From a virus (lineage: Duplodnaviria; Caudoviricetes): 64,000 nt of DNA. Of the stretch, positions 28,245 to 38,000 are shown in pieces; within the stretch, counting starts at the first letter, position 1; each line of letters starts with the position of its first letter. The DNA is taken from positions 287 through 64,286 of IMG/VR virus record IMGVR_UViG_3300020582_000008; one strand, 5' to 3'. The notes beneath the pieces were generated by a model that had not been told where the DNA came from, did no database searches, and saw only the letters and a list, made by a program, of their open reading frames with translations. Position numbers and translations under genes: made by a program.

Positions 28245-28773
28245 CATGAACGGCCACGGTCTCGCGAAAGTACCGCTCGACTTAGAGCCTATGCTGCGTG
28301 GCTACTCTATCGAGCCAACCGAAGTCGGCCACATCTACAAACTGGCCGATTCTCTCCGCGACCAAGATCGAACGGAGATTCTAAATCTCGGATTTGGCGT
28401 CAAGAAAGCCCTGTGGAGAGCCTATCGTAACTCGATCATGTGCAAGACGGCGTTGGTGGCTGACAAGGTTGCGGCGATTTGGGGGTTGGGAATAGGTTTG
28501 CGTGCGGGTGTGAGTCCTTTGTCCGATCTTGGTGTGCCGTGGTTGCATACGTCGGCTGCTATTGAATCTGTTCCTTTCTCATTTGTGCGAGTAGCGAAAG
28601 CAGAGTTGGCAGCTATGTTGAAGTTAAGGCCACGACTTGAATCGTTTGTGGCTGCTGACTATGCGCAGGCGATCAAGTTTCTTCGGATTTTGGGCTTTGC
28701 TGTGGAAAAACCGGAAGCGGTTGGGTTGAATGGTGCGCTGTATTGTAGGTTTCATATGGGCTTTGACGCTTAA
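28237..28773 (+). CDS. GNAT-like internal virion/tail assembly protein (T7 gp13-like)
   Basis: LRDQDRTEI, GVPWL, AIKFLRILGF; follows the nozzle. Confidence 0.75.
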   Translation: MLSMNGHGLAKVPLDLEPMLRGYSIEPTEVGHIYKLADSLRDQDRTEILNLGFGVKKALWRAYRNSIMCKTALVADKVAAIWGLGIGLRAGVSPLSDLGVPWLHTSAAIESVPFSFVRVAKAELAAMLKLRPRLESFVAADYAQAIKFLRILGFAVEKPEAVGLNGALYCRFHMGFDA

Positions 28774-28777
28774 GCAA

Positions 28778-28836
28778 TTGGTTAGACTGGCTACCTTGGC
28801 GTGCGATTATTCTGTGAGAGTCTTACGGCCATAGAG
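28778..28836 (+). repeat. 59-bp element copy 5 (solo, left-type)
   Basis: ttggttagactggctaccttggcgtgcgattattctgtgagagtcttacggccatagag, followed by gattgagaaaaaagatc-ATG. Confidence 0.95.
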
Positions 28837-28853
28837 GATTGAGAAAAAAGATC

Positions 28854-29378
28854 ATGGGTGCGGCACTTCTTCCGGTTATGTTGGTCGCGGGCGTCGCGGG
28901 CGCCGGATTGTCTGCGGCCGGCACTTACGGATCGATGGAGGCGGCTTCCAAGAATGCGGCCTACCAAGCGCAAGTCGCGGCCAATAATGCAACCATCGCT
29001 ATGAAAAACGCTGCGATGGACACGCAGTCGGGGGAGATCGCGGCGTCGAATCAGGGACTCAAGACACGCGCGGCGGTCGGCAAGACCTTGGCGCAGCAAG
29101 GGGCGTCCGGGGTTGACGTGAATACCGGCTCCGCTCCCAAAGTACGCGCGGCAGAAAGCGAACTCGGCGCGCTTGACGCGATGACGATTCGCTCCAACGC
29201 GGCCAAGAAGGCATATTCCGACACGGTTGCGGCGACGAGCGACACGGCGGAATCCCAATTGCTCACGTCGGAGTCGGATCAGGCCGCGACTGCGGCGCCA
29301 ATCTCCGCACTCGGAAATTTCCTGGGCTCGGCATCGAGCGTTGGCGGCAACTTCGGTAAAGCAATGGCGACGGGTTGA
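28854..29378 (+). CDS. small ejection (internal virion) protein
   Basis: Ala-rich; GASGVDVNTGS and DAMTIRSN motifs. Confidence 0.8.
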   Translation: MGAALLPVMLVAGVAGAGLSAAGTYGSMEAASKNAAYQAQVAANNATIAMKNAAMDTQSGEIAASNQGLKTRAAVGKTLAQQGASGVDVNTGSAPKVRAAESELGALDAMTIRSNAAKKAYSDTVAATSDTAESQLLTSESDQAATAAPISALGNFLGSASSVGGNFGKAMATG

Positions 29379-29380
29379 CC

Positions 29381-29824
29381 ATGAACCTAAATAGGCGCAG
29401 TTTTTTCATCGGCGCGGCGGCAGGTTTGCTTGCTTCATCTGTCGTGTCAGCATCAAGCCTAATGTCGCTACGCCCCGGCTTTTCCGGACATTGGTTGCGA
29501 CAACAAATCTTTTTGAAAGAGAAAGATGGGGATGTATGGCGCACCATAGACCGGATTGATTGTTCTGGTCTTGAAGGCGCTGAGCCGCCAGATGTTTTTG
29601 CGATGATGGCGAGAAGCGTTATTAAATTGCCGCCGCAAAAATTGAGAATTGCCCCGGAACGCTGGGGGCTTGATGTTGTGAAAATGATTAAATTTGAAAC
29701 CACGCTAGAGGTTAGACAACATATGGAAATGCAGGCAATTCGCAGCCGAAATGTTCTAGTGAGAACTATTGGGGATAATACACCTGTCCCTTGTGCGTTC
29801 CGCGGTATAGCAATCGAATCGTGA
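29381..29824 (+). CDS. twin-arginine-signal protein carrying a diverged copy of the MCP C-terminal region
   Basis: NRRSFF + hydrophobic leader; three colinear blocks match the MCP. Confidence 0.75.
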   Translation: MNLNRRSFFIGAAAGLLASSVVSASSLMSLRPGFSGHWLRQQIFLKEKDGDVWRTIDRIDCSGLEGAEPPDVFAMMARSVIKLPPQKLRIAPERWGLDVVKMIKFETTLEVRQHMEMQAIRSRNVLVRTIGDNTPVPCAFRGIAIES

Positions 29825-29827
29825 GTC

Positions 29828-32044
29828 ATGGCCGGTCAAATTCTCAATGTAGACTTTCCTGAAATAAATCCCTCGGGCGCTCCGTCCGACGATTATGAGC
29901 GCATTCCGTCATCGCCCAATATGTTCGGCGCGTATGGCGCGGAAGCCCTGAAACAGACCGGCGAAGGATTGGTCAAGGCGGCGGACACTGGTCTAGCCTA
30001 TGTCACTCAGCAGAACGAATACAACAACCAGATTCACGCCAGCGAATTGCATTCGTGGTTTTCCGATCAAGCTGGCGATCTTGTATCGAAGCATTCCGAG
30101 TTGCAGGGGCGGGCGGCACTCGATGCTCTCCCGGACCTGAAAAAGAAGATAGGCGATCTACAAACGCAAGCTGAATCGCAGGCCGGAAATCTCCCTACAA
30201 AGGCTCTCGTCGCCGGTAACACGCGGCGCACGATGGATTGGCTGGTCGGGGCGGCTACACATCACGCCGATGCGCAGCATACCGCGTGGGCAACAAAGAC
30301 GGCGGCGGATAACGTTACTGCGGCTTCGAACATTGGCGGTCTCGCGATCCAAACGGGTGATTTCAATAAACTCGATGAGCAGATGGATACCATCGGGAAG
30401 GAAGCCCACAATTATTTCGATCCAATGGGCTACGATCCGCAGACATTGGATGTGGAAGTCTCGAAGTATCGCGGAAGTGCGGTTAAGAATTGGGTCGAAA
30501 CCGCAGCAACAAATCAGAACGATCCGGACGCACTCACTCACGCGGTCGCTATTTATCATCGCTATAGCGATGAGATTGATCCTGCCAGTCGTCTGATAAT
30601 TTCCAAAGAATTGAATACGAAAGTTTTCAATCGCACAGTCGATAGACTCTCGAATTATTATATCAGCGGTTCGGTCGCGGGCCTCAATCCAAGTTTTGTT
30701 GCCGGGCTAAAACAATCCGAGGGTTACAAAGACAAGCCGTATTGGGATGTGAATCATTGGAGTGTGGGATATGGCACGCCAGCATCGGGGCCGGATGAAA
30801 AAGCCGACAGGTTCACTCTCGAAGGACGATTTGAAGATAAGGTGACGGAAGCTGCTGCTACAGTGGATTCGGTAAATCCTCACCTTGATCCTGGCACACG
30901 CGCCGCGCTTACGTCACTGACTTTCAATACAGGAACGAAATGGACAACGTCCGGTCTAGGCGATGCGATCCGCGGCGGCGATTTGATGAAGGCGCAGGAG
31001 CTATTCAAGCAATATAATCAGGTCAATGGAAAATTCGATCAGTCGATTGCAGATAGGCGCAATCGCGAAGCCGAGTGGTTTGGCCGGCAGGATGCGCAGG
31101 GTGTTCCAAAACCCGATGTGGCGTCGTTGATTCAGCGCGTGCGAACCGATCCATCTTTTGAGAATCGCCCTGAGCTACAAAAGGCCGTCGAACAAAATAT
31201 CCTCTCAAAGACCGCCATGCAGGAGCGCGCCGACGCTCTACAGGCCAAGCAACAAAAAGAAACATCCGATGCAACCGAATGGGAAGTGTTCAAGAATATC
31301 CACTCCGACAAACCATCGGTGACGATGGATATGATCGATAAGTTGCCGCTCACGGTCGAAGCCAAGAAGAGGATGACGGATCAATTGGAGAAGGCGACGG
31401 GGACGGAGAAGACTGAGCGCACCTATGGCGCTGGTTTCTACGATATGTACCGCCGCATTCATCTGCCCGAAGGCGATCCTAATCGCGTGACGGATGGTTC
31501 GCAGCTTTACGGCCATGTTGGGCCGCAAGGCGATTTGACCGTTGCCGGCGTCGATAAATTGAATACGGAAATCCAGGCGCGCAAATCCCCGGAAGGCGTC
31601 GCCGAATCAGAAATGAAAGCGCAGTTTTTGAAGAATGCGCGAGCGCAGATCACGGGGACTGACGAAGGGCTCCACATCAAAGACCCAAAGGGCGACGAAA
31701 TTTATTTGAAGTTTCTGGCGCAAGTGCTGCCGCAGTATGACGCACAGCGCAAGGCTGGCAAGACGGCGCCGGAACTATTCAATCCTACAAGCAAGGACTA
31801 TCTCGGTAATGCAATCGCGGGTTTTAGGCGACCGCCGGACCAATGGTATGCCGACATCATTACCGATCAAGCATCGCCCGAGACTTTCGACGTGAGCAAA
31901 GTCAAATCGCTTGAGGATTTGGTTGCTGCTTATCGTGCCGGAAATGTCGATAAGGCGACCGCCGATGCGACCGCTATTGCGAAGGGCTGGGCGACACGCA
32001 AGCCGCCCGCGCCTGCGATGCCAACCGTGCCGATGAGCCAGTGA
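29828..32044 (+). CDS. ejection protein with a GH24 lysozyme-like domain
   Basis: SEGY...YWD...SVGYGT, ALTSLTFNTG, RRNREAEWF. Confidence 0.8.
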   Translation: MAGQILNVDFPEINPSGAPSDDYERIPSSPNMFGAYGAEALKQTGEGLVKAADTGLAYVTQQNEYNNQIHASELHSWFSDQAGDLVSKHSELQGRAALDALPDLKKKIGDLQTQAESQAGNLPTKALVAGNTRRTMDWLVGAATHHADAQHTAWATKTAADNVTAASNIGGLAIQTGDFNKLDEQMDTIGKEAHNYFDPMGYDPQTLDVEVSKYRGSAVKNWVETAATNQNDPDALTHAVAIYHRYSDEIDPASRLIISKELNTKVFNRTVDRLSNYYISGSVAGLNPSFVAGLKQSEGYKDKPYWDVNHWSVGYGTPASGPDEKADRFTLEGRFEDKVTEAAATVDSVNPHLDPGTRAALTSLTFNTGTKWTTSGLGDAIRGGDLMKAQELFKQYNQVNGKFDQSIADRRNREAEWFGRQDAQGVPKPDVASLIQRVRTDPSFENRPELQKAVEQNILSKTAMQERADALQAKQQKETSDATEWEVFKNIHSDKPSVTMDMIDKLPLTVEAKKRMTDQLEKATGTEKTERTYGAGFYDMYRRIHLPEGDPNRVTDGSQLYGHVGPQGDLTVAGVDKLNTEIQARKSPEGVAESEMKAQFLKNARAQITGTDEGLHIKDPKGDEIYLKFLAQVLPQYDAQRKAGKTAPELFNPTSKDYLGNAIAGFRRPPDQWYADIITDQASPETFDVSKVKSLEDLVAAYRAGNVDKATADATAIAKGWATRKPPAPAMPTVPMSQ

Positions 32045-35000
32045 TGCAGGATGTTCAACCACAACAGCCTGCCGCCGCGCCTGCCCCGCAGGACGTGGAC
32101 GCGCTGTTCCCGGAGAAGGGTGGGGCGCAGGATGTTGATTCGCTGTTCCCGGCTTCGGTCGAGGCGGACAGGAAGGCAAAGAATTATGGGGTTTCTCACT
32201 CGCCCGTGCAGGATTTAATCTTCGGCGACAAGACGGTAAATCCGGTTGCGCGGATATTGGATTCGTTCGGGCAGGGATTCGAGCAAGGGTGGGGCACTGA
32301 TCGGTTGGGATTGTCCGATGAAAGTACCGATTATCTGAAAAAGATTGGCATCTTCAACGATTATCAAAAGGGCCAATCGAGCCTCGTTAAGACCGCGAAC
32401 GAAGTCCTGTTGCGGCCGGCGGCGGTCGCGCTCGATGCTGTAATCAGGCGCGGCCTGCCAGGAATGTTTCGCGGCGGTCAGGCCGTTGTCCAACAATTAG
32501 GTGAGGAAGTTGGGGCACCAAATATTGCCCGCGAAATTGCCGCTTTGCCGGAAGCCTTCCCTACCGGGTTGCATGGGCCGGTCAGTGGAGTGCCGATACC
32601 TGGCCTTGGTCTTAGCGAAGCCTATCGTAATTCGCCGGGATTGATTGAGACGGCGCGGCAGATGCGCGTGATAGGTGCCGGCGAGCGCGGTTGGGCCGGT
32701 ACGGCGCCAGTCGAAGCGCCAAAGGGCGAACCGGTCAAGATTGAGACCGCGCCGCAGCCGGTAGCGGGAAAATCGGAACAACCGTCACCAATGACGCCGC
32801 CGCCTGCCGCAGTCACGCCGAGTCCTGAGGATATTGCGCCCGACATCCACACGGCAGCGCGCCAAGCCGCGCCCGATGTCTTTGCGCGCTACGACACGTT
32901 GAAGCAGCAACAGGACGGTTTGCAAAAATGGCTTACCGAACGCGAGGCGCAAGGGCAGCCCGAACCTGGTGTGAAGGCTTATCTCGACGGCGTGAACAAG
33001 GAACTCGACGAACTCTCGCCACAGGTCAAGGCGGCGTATCAGCAAGCGGCGGAAACTACGAACGCCGCAACAGTGCCGCCGCCTGTGTCGCAATCGTGGG
33101 GGATGTTTCCGCCGCCGGAAGTGACCGGAGCGCCAGCGAAGATCGACGCAACGCATACCGTTCTCTCGGGCGCAAATTCGACCGCAGACGGAACGGTTGT
33201 CGTCGATCATAACATTCCAGAATTCTCGCCGACACTCAAAGATAAAGACGGCAATCCGGCGAATCTGCACAAGTATCTCGTCGTGCATGAGACCGCGGAA
33301 TCTGAGGCGATGGCGAAGTGGAAAGCGGAGTTTATCGCAAGGGAAGGCCGAGTACCGACGCAGGAGGAAACGACCAAATACTACAACGACGTGGCTCATC
33401 CGAAGATTGCGACGCCAGCGGAACGCGCCGCGGTCGAAGCCGATGGCGTGTCATGGCCGGGCTATACACATGAAATGGACGGATACCTTGATCGGATCGA
33501 GCATGAGCCGAATACGAATCCGCCGCCCGGACAGATGCACATCGACCCGGAGGCTGCGATTGGGCATCACAAATCGGAGAACAAGCCGACCGTTGCACCC
33601 GAACAGGTCATCAAGCCAATCGAGGCGCAGCGCGATTTCATCGTCAACGATGTCAAGCACCAGTTGATCGCGGCGGGGCGGTCAGAGGCAGAAGCGCAGG
33701 CGGCGGGGCAGCTTGTCGCCGCGCGGTACGAGGCAAGAGCCGTAAGGCTTGGTGGGGCGCGCGGCAGCGCGGAGGAACTTTACAAGGCCGAGGGTGCCCA
33801 GATTCGCGGGCCGGGTGGACCGGCAGAGCCGCCGACCGTAGCACCTGCTCCGACCGCCGCGCCGGTTCCGTTGGCGGAACGTGCCCCCGCTGAGCAATGG
33901 AACGCCTTTGTCGCCGCGCGGGCCGAACGAACATCGCGGGCTGTCATAGAGACCGGCTATAACGCACTAACAACCAAACTCGGTGCACCGATCCATTTGC
34001 GACGCTCACAGGAATGGACACCCGGCAATGTCGTGGATGTGGGATTTGTCAAAGACCTGCTCATCACGTCGAAAAACTCCGATGGCACATTCACGCTGAT
34101 TGCCAAGCCGGACGCCAACGGAATCAGCAAGAGTTATAATGCCGAGGCTCACAAGGGGCTGGTCGGCGACAAGCCGGTGAGTTTCAAAGAGGCCACGGCG
34201 CCTCTACTTGAAGCAACAAAACCGGCAGAGGAAATCCCCGAGTCCGAAATTACCACAATCCACGTCGCTCCTAAAGCCGCACGCGGCCCGCGCGCTGTGC
34301 CGCAAGAACACTGGTCGCTCCTGCAATTCATCGCCGACCGCGGCGGAATAAAAGCCGACGACAAAAACATCGGCGACGTGCGAACGATCTTCGGCAAAGA
34401 TCAGAAGTGGATTCCCGGATTTGGCCCACTGATTCGCAAAGACGGCATGGAGTTAGACCGCGCCCGCGAGGCGGCGGTTGAAGCGGGGTATATCCAGGAT
34501 CACGGACAAAGCGGCGTGAGTACAGGCGAGGCCACGTCCAACATCGACACGCTGTTGCAGGCGATGGACCGCGAGGAACGTGGCACCAAAGTTTACCGCC
34601 AAGGTGTTGAGCCACAGGAAGCCCGCGAGCGCGTGCCCGATGCCGCCGAACTGGAACAACACAGAGCGGAACAAGCGGAACTCGATTCCCGCATAGCCGA
34701 TTATCTGCAAGAAGTCGGTATCAAGCGGAACGAAATAGAACCATCCATCGCCGCCAGAATGCGCGAACTGATGGACAGACAAAGACTGGAACCCGACATC
34801 GCCCACGAACGGGCCGTGATGGAGGCAGACGATCATGCCGTCGAAACCGAAAATGCTCCCGAACGCGCCGAGTATATCCCCGGATGGGATGTACCTGATG
34901 ACACCAGAACAGCACAGGGCGCGGGCGAAGCAACTCCTAAAGGCGAAGAAGCCGCACCTGGCGCTGGCCCACGAACAGATCGCGACGGCGATAGAGAAGC

Positions 35001-38000
35001 GTATGCGGATAAAACAAACGTAACTAAAGCCGCTCTCGAAATTGCCGAACCACCCACTCAATCAAAACCGTTTGTATTCGATAATCCAGAACTTGAGGCT
35101 CGGTATCATGCCTGGAAGGCCGCGAGAGAGACTGAGAAAGATGAGGCTTGGAAGGAATTCTACCAGCGGAAAAATCTCATAGAAGAACGCGAGGCCGAAG
35201 GACAGCAGCAGGTTCCCGGTGCCGAGAGAATCGGCGATGCCGAACGAGTGCAGCGCGCGGCTGACCAGCCGTTGAAGCCCAAAGCCGAACAGAAGCCTAT
35301 GGATGAAGGGTTGTTTGGTGACGAAAAAGACCAGCAAGAACTATTCCAACAAGCGCGCGGCGGCATCGTCCTAAACCCCAACGCTGTCCCCGGCCACGAC
35401 TACATCGGCATGGAGAACGTCAGACCTCTAATGAGATTGACCGCAGAGGCCAACGCCTCGACATTCTTTCACGAATCCGGCCACCAATATCTAGCGGAAC
35501 TCGTCCGGGATGCTGCCCACGAAGCCGCACCCGCAGACCTCAAGGCGGACGCGCAGACCGTCATGGATTGGCTCGGACTGAAAGGGCCACAGGACTTAGC
35601 CCTAGGCTCCGATGCCTCACGAGCGGCCAAAATCAAGGCAACCAAGGCCCATGAGAAATTCGCCAGGGGATTCGAGCAATATCTGAGGGAAGGCATCGCC
35701 CCCTCTCAACAGCTTGCCGGGGTGTTTGCCAAGTTCAAGCAGTGGATGCTCAATATCTACCAGACGATCAAAGGCTTAGGCGCCCCGATCAGTGACAATA
35801 TTCGGGGCGTTTTCGACCGGATGTTGGCCGAACAGCCTCAAAGGACGGTGATTGCACCTGAGATTGCCAAAAGGCCGGATTTGCAGGATATTCATGAGTC
35901 GGACGCTGTTCTGACCGAGCCGCATGAAGCGGAGCGGGCGGGAGACCGCGTTCAAGCCGAAGATGCTAGAGCCAGAGCAGAACTGCCCAAGGACATAGCG
36001 GATGAGCATCGAGGAAGTGCAGAGAAAATTGGAACTAGCCCAAGCGAACCAATCCCATTGGGAGAAAATCGCGGCGGACCCGACACTATCGGTCCAGGCG
36101 GCGCTGGCAGCGCGGAACTCGGCACGGAGCCACAAGGCGGCAGTCACATTGTACCGCAAGGCGCTGGGCTACGAACACGAGAAGGCGGCGCCGGCACAAT
36201 AGAGCCGCTTCCTATCGGCCCTCATGTTCCGCTGGATGCTTTGCCAGCAGAGAAGATGGATAAGGTCGGAAATATCCGGCTGGAAAATCTCAATACGCCG
36301 GCCGATGTCAATAATGCCATCCGAGATTTGTATAACTCCAATCGCGAGCAATTAGACACAGCCACTCGCGGCGTTGTCTCAGATCAAACAGTCATGGACT
36401 TGGCCGATGCTATGGGCGCCGATCCGCGCGTCGTTGCCAATAACATGGAGCGCCTTCGCCAAATGTCGGTAGAGGACGGCGTTCCTCTCGCCGCGCGCAT
36501 TTGGTTGATGCGCGATATGTTTACAAAGCTCAGTGCCGAAGTTGCAAACTTGGCGCAGGGCGACGACGTAGCCGCCTTTGCGTCGGCTCGGCAAAGATTT
36601 TTGATGGCCTTCGAAACGTTGTCCGGTGTCACGGCGGAAATGGGCCGCGGAATGCGTGCGTTCCGCAACATGAAAACCCAGATGGCGAGTGCCATCGAAA
36701 TGGCCAACATCTTAAGAGACGATCCAAAAACTCTGTTTCAGCTTAAGCAGCAAATGGCGTTGGCGCGGGCTGCTGAGACGCCTGCGCAAAGCGCGGCTGA
36801 GATACAGCGATCAAATAGAACGCCGTGGCAGAGGATTCGGGCTGGGGTGATTTCCTACGTCATCAATAATCTGATTTCTGGTCCGATCACGCACGTCATG
36901 TACTCGGTCGGCAACGATGTTCTGCAACTCTTTAAGGCGTTGCCGGAAACCGCCGCCGCGAGCTTGGCTGGCCGCGTGTTGGTTGCGACAGGAAAGATCA
37001 GTGAAGAAGATCGTATCCGCATGGGAGAGGCTGGGCCGCGGCTTTACGGCATGGTCTACGGCGCTCGGGATGGTTTGTCGGCGTCCTATAGCGCGCTCAA
37101 AACAGGCGTGTCGGTGATGAAGGGCGATCCTTCCGGTATTGATCTATTCTCGAATGAGATTGCCTATCGGCCGCAGGAAATTCCCGGCACGGTTGGGTAT
37201 GTCCTGGAAACGCCGTCGCGGTCGGTTGCGGCGATTCATACGATGCATTACGGCATGAACTACGAATCTGAGATTGCGGCGCTGGGATACCGCGATGCGA
37301 TAAAACAAGGATTCGATCTCGGAACCGACGAATTCAACAGCCACGTCGCCGACTTTCGTATGAATCCGCCGCGCGACGCGATGGACATTGCCCATCAAAA
37401 TGCCTTGGAAATGGTGCTCATGCGCAGACCTCCTTACGGTGGTCTGCAAAACTGGATTCAGAATCTAACAAACAAGTATGTGCTTGCTAAACTGGTTGCG
37501 CCGTTTGTCCAGATAGGAGGCAACATTCTTCGCGGCGGCTTCATCGAGCGCACGCCGCTTGGCCTCATGGATCAGACGGTAAGGGATAATCTGCTCGGCC
37601 GAAACGGAGCATTCAAACAGCAAGAGCAATATGGACGGATGATGGTCGGAAGCACTCTGGCCGTCTCAACCATCGGACTCGCGGCGCAAGGCATCCTCAC
37701 GGGCGGCGGTCCTTCCGATCCCAAACAGCGCGAAGTCATGGAAATGACGGGTTGGAAGCCCTACAGCATCAAAGTTGAAGGCGAATATATCCCATACCGC
37801 AAATATCTTTCGGTCTATGGGCCGTTAGTTGCCGGCGCGGCGGATATGTACGAAGTCGGGCACGCCATGAGTGAGAAAGGATTGGCGCAAGGCGCCGCTG
37901 CTCTCTCGTTCGGATTTGCGGAAGTGGTTGCCGATGAAACATGGATGCGCGGGATTACATCGTTGATCGATGCCGCGCGGCATTGGGACCGCGACGGCGC

